A stretch of 64,000 nt of DNA from contig OU015566.1 in NCBI GenBank assembly GCA_907165135.1, positions 9,362,001-9,426,000 on the forward strand, read 5' to 3'. The stretch is from Oikopleura dioica. Lineage: Eukaryota > Animalia > Chordata. The notes under the pieces were generated by a model. The model had not been told where the DNA came from. It saw only the letters and a list, made by a program, of their open reading frames with translations, and did no database searches. A program made the position numbers and the translations under genes. Shown here piece by piece: positions 44,716-58,049 of this stretch (within the stretch, counting starts at the first letter, position 1; the number at the start of each line of letters is the position of its first letter).

Positions 44716-47700
44716 TTAACTTGTTGCAGCTTCGAGGATCTGGCAGTTGGAGCAGACGAAGTCCGGGTCGTCGCGGACGTCTTTCGGGTTAACGTTGAGG
44801 CAGAACATGTGGTACCATTTTGCGCAGCGCTCGCAGTACACCCACTCGACTTTGTTGCCGTCTGGACGCTTGCATTGGCCTAAAAACGCGTGAACACAGA
44901 AAACATTTATCCATCTTACCAGCAGCGCAAGGTCCATCATCGTCAACATCCTCGTCGTCGTCCTCGTTTTCACTAGTTTCTTGCTGGAATTGAGTCCGAG
45001 CTCCTTTGTTTTTCTTCCGCGGATTCTGCGAGCGTCGCGGGAGATCGGCATCCTTATCGCGTCGTTTACGATTCGGCGCCTTGTTTTAGAGATAAGAACA
45101 TTTCAAATTTCTTGGAGTAACCTTTGTTTCCTCGCCGAGAATGGCGCCTTCCGGTGCTTCTTGCTTGAAAATGTGAGGCCATTTCTCCTTCATCTTCTCG
45201 AGCAAATGGGTTTGATCGTCGCTGGAGACCTCTAGAAGCAAGCTTTCAAGGTAAAGATTCATCGCACGGGCGAATGTTCTGTCAGAATCACGTGATAGGT
45301 TAGGAATAAGACACTTGTAATTCGTCTGCCAGGTAATTACTCGTTCGATCAGCCCTAGAATGAAGAAATAACTGCCAGATCTGATAGAAAAGGAGAGCAA
45401 ACCTTGGAGATATTCCGACTCTTCGAATTGAAGGCCTATGTTTTGAAGATCGTGTAAAAGAGGAAGAACTTGGTTGAGATTGGGCCGTCTACTTCGAACA
45501 CAACGGAAACACAATTCGAACTTTTGAAAGGATCGTCTGTGACACAGTGCGTGGTACCACTCTCCGCATAAGTCGCAGGGAAACATAGTCTAAAAGAGGG
45601 TGATAACGATCATGAAATTTTTTGAACTACCGATTTCGCGACGCGCTGACAGCTGCAGAAAGTCGAGTTCTCGAATTTTAGCTTTTCTTTGTTTGCAGCT
45701 CTTAGGTTTTTCATTGTCTCGAGTTCTATCTTTTCCATAAGTCGGTAATCTTCAGATGTCTTCCTTTCCGTCGCATCAATTAGCATTTCGTCGGTGATAT
45801 CATCACCATCGATGTCGTCATCTGTGCTTTTGTTGCGCTTCTTTCGGTCTTTTAGTTCTTTGGCCGTAAGATTTGCGTTTTCCGCCGTCCTTGGAAGCAG
45901 AACCTCTTTAAGACTCCAAACGCATCCTTTCTTTATGAAGATCTTTCGAAGTTTTTCAATCCATTCTTCCGCCTTTTCGACTTTTTCGTGCAGTTCGCCA
46001 ACTTGAATCGGATGGAGTTGCAGTTTCTCAGCAAGCTTGAGAAGCCGGTTGGCTGTTTGCAGACTTGGAGCCTCACAATCCGGTCGTGGCTTTAGGAACT
46101 TTTGGAGCTTGTCTTTCCACTGATAGGATGCCTTCCGCTCTTCACTGAGCTCAACACAGTATTTAGGCGAGAACTGACGCATGAGAACTGCTTTAGGCTC
46201 ACTTCTTAAGGGTGTACACGACGGATTCGCGATTTATAATCAGCGAAAACCCGCTAAGGCACTACCGAATTGATCTTTGGTCAGAACTCACAAACTTAAA
46301 ATAAAATATTGCCTCTATGTAGTTAAAATAATCCTTCAAGTACACCCTTAAGTATCAATTTTTTCCTGTAGTTAATTTTGAATCTTTAGTAGAATCTTAG
46401 GATTTTTGGAAATCCATCATGGTTTTGTACAAAAACGGTAGTCGCAAAAAATTGAACGACTCAGGTCTGTCCTCGATAAGACAAGATAAAAAGAATCTTT
46501 ACTTCACGTGATTCCTTTAATTGTTAGCCTTTCCTTCAAAGCGCATGTTTTCAACGAAACAATCCACCTGAACAAAGTCGGTATGATCTGGCGAGTTCAA
46601 ATATTCTTGCGCTTGAACATCAAGTCTCCTTGCGTGCTCCAGATCTTTTTCGAATTTCTCCAAGCGGGCCAAGAATGCTTTGTTGATCTCAAATCCTGGC
46701 ATGCTGTATCCTTCGTCGACGATCTTTTGCGCCGCTTCTAGTGATGGATAGTTTGCTGAGAGCTTTGGTAGCCAGCGAATAACCGATTGCATTTCGCGAA
46801 TGAGCTTCATGTCGACAATTTCAAATAATAGGCTTCGTTCACGATTGATAAGATTTTCGCATATTTTCACGGTCAAATCGTCGAATTTCAGCTCGTCGAG
46901 GATAGTATTCGCTCGTCTGAGCTGCTCGGTCAGCATACCTGTCTTTTCAAGCTCGAATGGGAATGTTTTGATGCGATCCACAAGGGTTGACAGGTCGTTG
47001 TGAGTAAGAACAGGCCGTGTGTTTGAGTTGAAGACTTCTTCTATCAGCACCCTCACCTTCTCTGCTTCTTCGACAGTCTGACGAACTTTTTGGTACACTC
47101 TAAAATGAAAATCTTCTTTAAAAATTAATCAGAAAAAGGCCGTTACCTTGTTGTATCATAATACTTTCCAGCTTCAAGAAGTTCCTTGAAATCGTCGAAG
47201 CTGCCATCCTCGTCGGGAAAGCTATTGATTCTTGCCTCCCAAGCTTCGAAATCAGCAAGAGATTGTTTGAGTCGAGCATTGAGTTCTTTCAAATCGGAGA
47301 TATCCCAATTGACCATGAGATTCACATGTTGAGGCTTGATGTCGCAACATTCCAGCTTTGAAATCGAACAAACAAGGCATAAAAGATGGTCGCGGCCTTT
47401 CTCGATTCCCTGGAAAGTAGAATTAGCTGATAAGATTTTAGATGAAAAATTACCTGATCAACGAAACCTTCAGGAACCTCGTAGACTTCATCATTTTCTA
47501 ATTTCAAGCCAGATCTTCGGTCAAAAACAATGTATGAGCAGTAAACTGCGGTTTGACAAATGCCGCAATACGTATCCGATTTTAACCTGGTTTTCGTTAT
47601 CTTCGGATTGATAAGTTTCATAATTTGAGTACGCTCGTGCACTTCTCTGTCGATCATAAATTTCATGTCCTGGTGAGCTAGAGTGACGATCGATCCGCAC

Positions 47701-49836
47701 ACGGAATTGTTGTTCGCTGCTTCTTGGGCTATCTTCAAAATCAGCTCATCCTGGCTGAAGATGTTATATCGCTGCACTGTGCGATAGTTTTTCAAGGCTT
47801 GTCGACCAATGGTGATCCAATCGGGCGGGCAAAAATTGACTGCTTCATTCATGTTCAACCCAGTGTTGAATCCGGCGTGGTAGCCCCTCGGAAAGGTGAC
47901 GATAAATTCTCCAGGGCTCTGGACAGCTCTGTAGATTTCTACGTTATTTTCTAATAGAACCGCTGGAGACAAAGTAGTGGTGATGTGGTGCATGAGATCT
48001 CGGTTGTGTCGGTAGAGATCTTTTGCTTCGTTGCGATAAACTCGCTCTAAATTTTCCGCGGCAAACCGCGACGCTGCGTACCAAATTTTTGGCTCTCCAA
48101 AATGATGATAATTGATCGAATAGGTCCAATGATCTTCGGTATGCCAGGCGAAGGCGCTAAACATCATGCCAACGTATAACCACGGGACCTTTACGCCGGA
48201 GATATCACCGTCAATGTATTGCAAGACAGATTTTTTCGCAACGGGCAAATTCACCAGATTCCAAGGGTGATCTTTATAATGCTTATCTTCTAGCGAGCCA
48301 GGCGGATTAAAACGCGAGCAAAAGCCGGATCCCTTTTCAAGCGCTTGAATATCAGCGCCGTATTCAACAGTCAAATCGCCTTCGATCTCATCTGTAAGTC
48401 GCCAAAACTCTTCTTCGACATCGTTAGGATTGATCTCATGAGGAGGGCGGCCGAAATAGGCGCGTTTGAATTCGTCTGCTCGTTCGCCGAATTCCCGGAG
48501 ACTGTATTCGCGCTCTGATTGCTCAAAGCCAAACTTTTCTGACTTTAATAACGACGGAACGAATGTCTGAACAATTATCCGATAAAAAGCTGTATATTCG
48601 GAATGTTAATTACCTTCATACAGGCCCAGCAATGCCATTTATCCTTGGGAACTTCGAACAATTTCGGGACAACATCAGCCATAAGAATTTGTAAGCCACA
48701 TTTGATACATCGCAGCGTAACGTCGGCATGCTTCCTCGGCGAATCTGTTTTCCCAGCAGATTCTCGCTTTCTCATCGCTCTGCCGTTATCGGTTATCTCC
48801 AGCGTGGGACTGATGCCGAGGCCCTGCATTTTCGGGCCAGCGCCGAAGAGTTTCAGCTTGGCCAGTTCTTTATTCGCCACGCCGCCGATGATTTTTGCTT
48901 CTGATTTTGTTTCTTCTCCTTCACCTTGGGTATTCCTAGGAATTTCCATTAATCAATCCATATTCGTATAGAATCAAACCTTTGCTGGCGGATAAGTTTT
49001 GCCTTGTTAGGTAAGGATCTACGGCTTGGATGGGTCGATTCTGGTTTGAGGTCTTGTGTTAACTTAAAAAAAGGAGTCAGACAGAATGTAATTAGCTATT
49101 CTTTATGAGCAGAAAAATAGACTCCGGGTTCAAAACAAGTCGGGATAATCAACAAGGGATACGCAATTATGCAACATCGTAATTATGCGAGATTGAGCTA
49201 AGAAAAAAGTTGAAATCCATCAAGAATTTAATCTCAAAAACATCTTACCACATCGAAAGGATACAAAATTCGCTCGTAATGTCCTCTCAGCGCACTTGCC
49301 GAGCCCGACTTGGAAGCAAATCCAAGGGAAAGCGCCAGTTCACCCCATTTCCTATCTTCGGAGCATTTGACGAAGCCGCCAAGCTTTTGAACATTCTCAT
49401 GAAAGGTGAAGAGGCAGAGCAGCTCGTTTTCAACGCGCGGAATTTTCAGCGCGATTCCTTGAAATTCCCAAAAACGGGAAACTTTGTCGAGGAAATTTTG
49501 ACGCACACGGGTACATGCGGAAAGTTCACTGATTCGTTGTCGTCTTCGAAATTGGTTATTCTGATTTTATATATATTTTCATTACCGAGGACGGAATTTG
49601 AAATCGTCCATGTCCAAGGAGAATGTCGGATTGAAGCTTGGAGGAGGGCAGATTTTAACGATTCCATAACTAAAGATAAGTCGTGTTCCAAGCTATTTTG
49701 AATAAATAAGTGCTTCTTACCGCTCTCCTTCCGCCCGAATCGAACTAATATAAGCCAGCGGGTCCTTAAATTCTTCCTCCGTCGGTTGATAACTCGGAAC
49801 CGTTGGCGGTCTCCGAAACTTGGGCGGCTTCCACAT
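44716..49836 (-). CDS. KDM5: Lysine-specific demethylase 5 (JARID1/Lid), multi-exon
   Basis: JmjN (PSYQPTEEEFKDPLAYISSIR), ARID (LRGHYERILYPFD), JmjC (AWHTEDHWTYSINY; FPRGYHAGFN), C5HC2 finger, PLU-1, and PHD2 and PHD3 fingers. Confidence 0.95.
46210..46347. mobile_element. 138-bp MITE with TTAA TSD at the 3' end of a KDM5 intron
   Basis: ttaa|gggtgtac ... gtacaccc|ttaa. Confidence 0.7.
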
Positions 49837-49839
49837 TTG

Positions 49840-50719
49840 CCCTTTCTGATTTTGGAGATATTCAAATTTTTCGATTTTGCGAATTTTCTCGACTTTGGGG
49901 ATGAAAAATCGATATTTTCTCAGATAATGAGAGCGAGATTGGCGCCTCGCTTGGCTGGAGTAAAATATTAGGTGCCCTTTGAAATAAAAAATGTGTATAT
50001 ATCTTCAAAAATTATATAATATTACGAAAAATATATATATATAAATACATTGATTGATTTATGATTTGATATATCTTTCCTATTCTCGAAGGTATTTCTA
50101 GAGCCGCCAGAGCCTAAGAATGTGATGAGAATTTACTCTTTCAGATTTCGTTCCTTCTCCTCAGATTTTCACAAGTTTGTTTCAACAAATTCACAATTTT
50201 TGCAACACCAAACAACCTCAAAACGAAAAAAAGCTGCGTCGCCCCAAGCAGTGTGTCTACTTTCTACTAAAAACACGGCCCAGAACTGCCGATTATCTAC
50301 TTGAGCCGAAATGCTTAGAATTTTAGTTTTCCAAATTGAAAATTTTTTTCTTAAAAAATTCCAGTTCCGTTACTAGGGGAAGCTCGGGCGCGCACTTCAC
50401 TTATTTAGGGTGAGAGGGAGTTGGTGAGAGAGAGGGTGGTAGTTGCGTTTTTTGAAGTGACTCGCCCGAGACGGGGACCAAGAGAAGAAAAGAGCAAAAT
50501 AGCGTCGCGTTACCGCCGCCCGCCGACCAGCGTGAGGCCAATCACGCCCGACCGACCGCCAAATATAAAAAGCTAAATATTCGCTGATCTCATTTCGCCA
50601 CACTAGAATCAGAACCAACCCTTTCTAGCCAACCATTTCTATCTCATCCCTGTACATTCCACTTTTACCCCCTTTTCTCATCAAATTTCAAACTGACCTT
50701 CTTTTTGGTAGATGGAAGA
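49840..50719. promoter_or_regulatory. Divergent (bidirectional) promoter region between KDM5 and CEP350
   Basis: Head-to-head start codons (49836 minus, 50720 plus). GC/CpG-rich island with a ccaat box at ~50380-50570. Confidence 0.5.
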
Positions 50720-53700
50720 ATGAATCGAGTATCGGATGCAATTGTCAGAAGAGATCCTGATCCTGAGGATTTCTTCGTCATTGACAAAACAAATGCGGCT
50801 AAAATCGACCAAGACGTAAGCGAAGCTTTCTATTTCCCAATTTTCTACTCATTCTAGCGCTTGAACAGAGCTCTTGGAGTTGCCAGAGTGGTAGAAACCA
50901 ATCCTGGCCTTCAGGACGATCTATCGTCATTCTCTTCATTGTCCAAATTTGAGGTAAACCAAGATTCACAGTAGCAGTTCTTCTAAAACAAATAATTCAA
51001 GAGCATAATCTCAAACACTCGAAGTCAGGCTTCAAAAAAGTTTGTGCCGAAAGAAGGTTCTGGTCTCCTTACTTTGAAAGAAAAGATTGAGAGGCAAAAA
51101 GCCACTCGGTCAATCGTACCGCAACTGGATTGTGCAAATGCTAACCCAAAAGCTCTTACGCGAAAAGTTGCCACGACTTCTGGACCTTCCAAGTATCTTG
51201 GATTCAACACTGATGGACGCGATTCAACACCGAAAAAGAGCACTCTTAGTGGAAAACCAAGCTCGACAATTCATCAGAAATCGTCAAACTCGACTCTGAA
51301 AAAGACGGTAGTAACAGAAGTAAACACAACGACCACTCGGAAGACAAGTAAACCTGCCAAACCAACAATAACAACATCAAGTTGGAGAGATTCGCAAAAG
51401 AAGGCGCGGGAAATCTTGAAAAACGAGACTCCCAAGCGAGAACGAAACACTGAGAGGTCGAAATCGGCCGAGGTCAAATCCATCTGTGGATCAGTCAAAA
51501 GCTCTTCAAAGGACACTTCAAAGACCTCGCTTCTGAAGGAAGATGCAGAGCTGTACAAAGATCTGTCTCCAGAAGTCCAAGCGATTGTTGCAGACTTAAA
51601 ACTCGACGAACCTGCCAGCAAGGAAAAACCAGTAAAGATGGACGATGCTACTAAAATGGACCGACGAGCGCGCTCATATACGCCGAAAAGACCTGCTAGA
51701 AGAAAGAAATCACCATCGCCAGAGCCGACACCGAAAAAGAAGCATAATTATGACCAGGCAGAGATTCAAGAATACATGCGAAAGAAAAAGCAAGAGCGAC
51801 TGAAAGCCAACGAGAACAAGGCAAAACAAAAACAGGAGAAGCAGGCCAAGATCGATGCGCAACTAAAAAGCTTACGAGAGGCACAGATGAGCAACGCAAA
51901 GTCGAAAGTCAAGGCGAAATCGAGGGGTCACTCGGCGGACGCTGCGAAATCGTTGGAAATGGACTCGGTCGCAAAAGCGATGCAAATTATCAACGAGCTT
52001 GACGAAAAAGACAAACGAGCCAAATCGGCAAAGATGGCAAATATATCGAGGAGGCCTAAATCGGCGCCACCTAAGAAGACATCCAAACCAAAAGCTGTTG
52101 ATGATCCCCCAAAAGAAGCCGTGGGGATTCCGCCGAAGCTCAATCTGTCATCTTCTCGGAACTCGATAGTTAGCATAGAGAAGTTGTCCATCCCGGCAGC
52201 GAGTGGGAAAGCTTCGCCCAAATCAACGCCACGTGAGAAGTCTCACACTCCGAGAAGTGAAATATCAGATGGTTCTCGATCGGAAAAAGCCAAGAGTATT
52301 CTTGGGTTCATTCAATCATCCATCGACAATCTCGATTTTCACAACCCAAATAGACCTCCACTGGCTGAAACCCAAGAAAAAACGCAACCAAAGCCTAAAA
52401 GAACACCTCAAAATCCAAAACATTCAGCTCTATTGAAAAATCTCAAGGCCAAGTCTGATAATATCAATAAACTGACGGACGCTTGGGAGAGCAAATTAGA
52501 AGATATGGTTGAAAAGCGCGAACAGGAACATGCGTTTGACATGGCCAATCCGCCAGGTGTAAAGAGTCTTGACAAACTCGTGGAAAACACGATGCAGGAG
52601 AGATTGATATCAACTGACTCGCTTGAAAATCAAGCTAAAATGCCAGAGCCAGTTCAAACAGTTGGTATCGCCGTGGATCTTCCTGTCTACAAACCTGCTG
52701 AGAGCTCTTCATCTGTCGAGAACCTTCCACCGATGGATTTTAACCCCGATATCGGGCCCATAAAAAAGTCCTCGTCAAGGAAAAGATCGCCTAAGAAGAC
52801 TAGAAAGCCCGTTAAATTCGCCCGCTCTAGCTCTCCCGATGAATTTAACATGGTTGACTTGATGTTCCGAGAAGAGCAAGCGAGAAGAAAGGCAATGAAA
52901 ATAAAGAAGCGCGAGTCTGAGCTTTCAAAGAAATCGCATAAAACATCTTCAGTTCTTGAATCAGACGGTGCAGATTCTTACTCAGATGCCAAATTTAGTC
53001 TCGCATCTTCTGGCAAGGAAGTTGTCTCGGAAATTGTTACTCCGCGGAGCCAAGTCATTACGTCAAGGTCTGATGGCTTGTCTACGAGATCAACGGCATC
53101 TTTGAGATCTGGATCTGACGCACTGGTTTCAACATCATCCAAAAGCAATCAGTCAAAGACAAACTCTCATACTGCTTCCATAAACGAAACCAGTGCTCCT
53201 GTACGTAGCGACAAACCCGCGACAAGCGTTAGTGAATCAATCACAGAAACTCTCTCATCCTTAGCGGCAAAGAAAACTGCATCTGAAAGTGACACAGCTC
53301 AACTTTCCGAAGAAAAGTACAGCTCTTTCTCAGAAACAGACCGTGTCACAACAGTTTATCAAGGGGAAGCCTTGAAAAATGCTCTAACCAGCCATCTCAA
53401 GTTATCAGAAGGCATCGATGAGAACATTCGAGCGCTTGACGAGGCAAAAGCAAAAATGTTCCTCGATGAGATGCGAGAGATCCAACAAAAAGGAGCAAAA
53501 GCGGCGGAACTGATGCTGAAAGCGTCCAAGAATTTCGTCAAGGGAAGTCGCATCGATATCCGAGACGACGATCCTACATCAACAGATGTTACTCCAACAA
53601 GAACCTCGACGAGAACTGGCATGATCGACGAAGAGTTGTCCATTCAAAGCGAGCCGCAATACACTCCGATAAGGGCTACTGATCCTAGCTATTCAGAGGT

Positions 53701-56516
53701 ATTTTCAAGCCATTCGGAAGTAACAACGACGCAGCAACTTCCAACCCCGTCGATAAGCGCAGTAAAAACGCAATCAATCTCTGAGATAACGAAATCTCAA
53801 GCGCCCATCACGATTGATGAGACATCAACTGTCACATCGACTACTGCTACTCCTGTCAGTCAGACATCAACTATTGTGACGGTCCCAACATCGAAAAAGA
53901 CAGAAGACGTTACCTCATCCTCAACTACTGTAAACGAAGAGTCCTACGCCTCAACATTTGATGATCTTAATGAGTCCGCCAAGCTTCTGACTCCATCGAT
54001 GGAGTATCGCAAGAAGATCCCCGACGAAATCAGAAAGCGACTCCCCTCAGAAGCTTCAGATGTTTCAACTGACCTGGATACTTCTGGCTACGATGCGTTT
54101 ACAAATTTCATGGCCGACATGGTCCGGCAATACGTATCAAATGAAAAGTCTTCAAGGGAAAAGTTCCATAAAGCCATGATGCAAGCAAAGGAGCAAGCTA
54201 TTCGGGAGAAGAAAAAGAAGAAAATCCCTGAAAGCGACCCTAAAAGGTACTTTTAAAAGATATTTCAGCATTAATTCATCTACAATTTAAGAAAATCAAA
54301 GAAAGGTCGAGGTGCAGATGATAAAATGCCAACTAAGGAACAACTCGAGCATTCGATTACATTGTCGGAGTCTGACACATCTACCTCAACAATAAACAGG
54401 GTGAAAAAGTGGTTCGCGATCGACGAAAAACATCTCACTCAACGGGAAAACCAGCTTCAAAAGCGCCGCAAGAAGGCTGAAAAGCTTCTCGCTTGGAAAG
54501 AGCATTTAGATGAGCAAGAGAAATCCATTTTAGAGATCGAACAAGATGTGGCTCAAGCTATCGCTAAACGAAAAATAGTGAGTTTATGGAATAAATAACC
54601 ATCTAGCGCTACATTCAGAGCAACGAATCCGAGATCTCACAGGCTGAGTCTGCAGCTACGGATACTTTCAATGCTACAAGGTAACAGTAAATAATTAATG
54701 ACTTTTTTTACCATTTGCAACTAGTGAAACCGACATGGATAGCTCTGACCACGAAGCAAGACTAAAAGCTCTTCATGGACAGTGCCGGGAAAAGGAAAAA
54801 ATCGTTGCAAAATTACGCAGGACGTTAAAAAAGCATGCTGGAAGCAAGAAGCAAGAGTTGAAGGCACAAGAAGCCGCTGTTCAGAAGCAAATTGAGTCGT
54901 TGGATGTGATGATTGCCAAGGCAAAAGAGCAGCTGGAGTTTATTGAAAACAACAAGGTGATACATCTTTTGACTATCATAAATACCTAACTGCTTCAAAG
55001 GAGATAATCGTGAAACCAATAATAAAATCGCCACAGTCATCACAAGTTGTCGACAGACCTATTGATCGATCCGTTTCTTCTCCAGCTATCCCATTAATCG
55101 CCTCACTCCCAAAGGATGCTTCGCCCTTCACATCACCTCGTAGCTCTCGCAGCTCTTCGGAGTCTGAGTCTCAGCAGAAAACTCTTCGAAGTGAGAGCGA
55201 AACGATCTCAGAAATCGTCACAGAGTCAATCAAAGACTCTCAGTCGGTGTCTGTCAGTCAAAGTCAATCTATTGCATCAAACTCGATCGATTTGAAATCA
55301 CATTCTGAGCCGCTGATTTCTCTTGGTGAGGAGAAGGCGTTCGACCTTGTCTCGCAGTTTTCAGAGTCACGTTCAGCGACAAGTCCGAGTGAATCAGATA
55401 CGGTAACAAGTGTTGCTACTGTGACTGCCCCTGTTACTGAAAGCGTTGCCACAGCGCCTCAAAATACTCCTCCTGTGAAGTCAGAAGACCCTTGCCTAAA
55501 TGATTTCTTACCAGCCGCAGAAGAGGAGGAGGACGAAGATGTTCCTCCCACTAAAAATGCTAGCATTCTTGCCAATACTGGCGATGAGATGGCAAAAAAG
55601 ATGATCGAAGAGATCATCGGCAAGCTTTCCGGACAAGAAAAGGAAACAATCAGAGAAAACCTCAGAGCACAAGGTAATGATTTTGTCTGTAAAGTTGAGA
55701 TTCACGCAATCCTGAATCTGTCTGAATGTATTTTGAATGTTATTTGTTAGACTTCGCCCAAGCGGATGATCTATCGGAACATTCCAATGACTCCGACGAC
55801 TCACTAACCGATGCGCTTCTTGAAACGAGACCGAAAGACCTTGAACTAAACGAGATCGAGCCAGACCTCGAGTGTGATGAAGTCCTAGAAACTTCAGGCG
55901 ATGGAGAAGTTTTCAACTATTTCCAGCATTACAAAGTTGAGCAGGAACAAAAGTTGTCTACTGAAGAAGTCTTAGAAAGAGGTACCTCTGTCTGTTTATT
56001 CTACTGTTTTCATATTTGGCTTTCAGCGGATGGAATCGCTGACATGGTAAATAACAACCCTGGAGTTCCGCCAATTCACCAAGATGAGTTTGACGAGGCC
56101 CTGTACGATGTATGCCAAGAAATTGCATTTGACCTTCACCTCAGGTTAGAATTGTAAACTTCATAAAGGCTAATGACGGATCTTTAGTGGTACTGAATCT
56201 AAAGGTGCTATTCTGAATCAACTATCGCAGTATATTTCGCCCAACGGGCCCGACCTCGATCGGCACATTGTTGAAAAGATGGGCCGCAGGTCAAAGAAAG
56301 ACCGTGTTGACCGATTACTCATCGCAGAGCTTCGCCAAGACGAGAAAAATTGGATCGACTACTCGAAAGATGAAATGGTAAGTTTCCCCTTTGTATGTTT
56401 AATTTTTACATAATACTATTTAGTCGGTTCGAGATGAAGTGACCAATTCAATTCTGAACTACTTACTCGACGATACAGTTCAAGCGCTCAAAGAACGATA
56501 CTCTGTTGCAGTTTGA
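50720..56516 (+). CDS. CEP350: Centrosome-associated protein CEP350-like, multi-exon
   Basis: YDQAEIQEYMRKKKQER, FTNFMADMVRQYVSNE..KEQAIREK, and C-terminal KKDRVDRLLIAELRQDEKNWIDYSKDEMSVRDEVTNSILNLLLDDTV match CEP350 blocks. The largest exon is 51044-54248. Confidence 0.8.
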
Positions 56517-56810
56517 AAGAGTTACAGTTTCATTCTCAATTATCAAATCATTGCCAAAATGCTATTCACCAATTCTTGTGTTACACTGTTACAGTTAGTT
56601 TCGAACACATTCCACCCAAGAACAAATGACTCAAACATTGATAGCATACAATTTTTACGAAATCCGAATCCTCTGAGAAACAAACTCAATTGAGATTGAG
56701 AACCCAAGCTTTGTTCAATACTTTTTTACACTGTTCAATATTTTTATTTTTTCATTTTTTTGATACATTCCTTATTAAAAACATTTCTCGAACATTATTT
56801 GTTAAGAAAA

Positions 56811-57844
56811 ATGTCAGAGATTGATGAATTATACGAGCTCCGAAATAACTTTTACTTGGGGCACTTTGCGACTGCTGTGATTGAGGCGAACAAACTGAAA
56901 TTATGTATGAGAATTTTATCATAACTTTTTCATAAAAAATTAGCGGGAGAAAAAGCTGTTGAGCGAGACGTGTACCTATTCCGATCTCTCATTGCCCAGA
57001 AGCAATATTCGACTGTGCTGTCTGAGGTGAAATCAAGCTCTCCACCTCAACTTGTTGCCGTCAAATGCTTTGCCGAGTATCTTTCCCGTGGAAACGCCGA
57101 GGCGCAACTGAAAATCCTTGGTAAAGTAGCTCAATATCTTCCTTGATCTATCGCGATTTTAGACGGGCAGATTCAGTCCCTAACTCCAGAGAATTGGGTT
57201 TCTCCAGTGATCTCCGCCTCTATTTACTTCCAGGAAGGACAGTATGAGAATGCGCTGAGAACGCTCCAGCTTACCGACCACATCGAAGCTGCCGCTCTTC
57301 AAGTTCAGATTCTTGTTGCTATCGAGCGACCTGACCAAGGTTGATTAGGATTTCAGCTCTTTTTCTAATCCTTTTCATAGCTAAAAAGCTTGTTGCGAAG
57401 ATGGACGAAGACTCCACCTTAACTCAGCTCGCTGGAGCATGGACCAACATCTCTCTCGGGGGAGAAAAGGCCCACGATGCCTACTACGCCTTCCAGGAAC
57501 TCATGGACAAGACCCAGACGAGTCCGATTCTGTTGAACGGAGCTGCTGCGGCGCATCTTGCTCAGCAAAAGTGGGAAGAGGCTGATGGCGCCGTAAAGGA
57601 AGCGACTGAGAAAGATATCAACTGCCCAGAGACTCTCATCAATCAGATCATGGTGAGCACACTTATTCTCTTTTTGAATATTTAACAATTGCATAAACAG
57701 GTTGCCACTCAAACCGGAGAGGAAGATATTGCTCGACGAACCCTAGCGTCATTGAAAGGAAGCCATCCTTCGCATCCTTTTGTTGTCGATTTGGAACAAA
57801 AAGAAGCCGAGATGGACCGCATCATTCTCCAATACAAACCCTGA
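56811..57844 (+). CDS. COPE: Coatomer subunit epsilon
   Basis: MSEIDELYELRNNFYLG..., MDEDSTLTQLAGAWTNISLGGEKAHDAYYAFQEL..SPILLNGAAAAHLAQQKWEEA, ..SHPFVVDLEQKEAEMDR. Confidence 0.95.
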
Positions 57845-58049
57845 GAGGTCATTAGAGCTTACAACATTTCGACAAACATTTCTGAGGAAAATTTTAATAG
57901 AAAAAAACAATATCGCCGTGCAATAATAAAGCAAACTATTAACTCCTTTTTAACTCCCGTTATTCCTCCTGTGGTGAAGCTTCATTACTTAGACAAATAC
58001 ACTATTCATAACTTACTCGAGCCAATTTTTAAAACAAGACTTGCGTAGA

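Noticed and set aside
56140-56215. Apparent GG-AG intron in CEP350
   Set aside because: A canonical phase-2 GT-AG junction (CTC AG|gttag...tttag|T GGT) keeps the frame.
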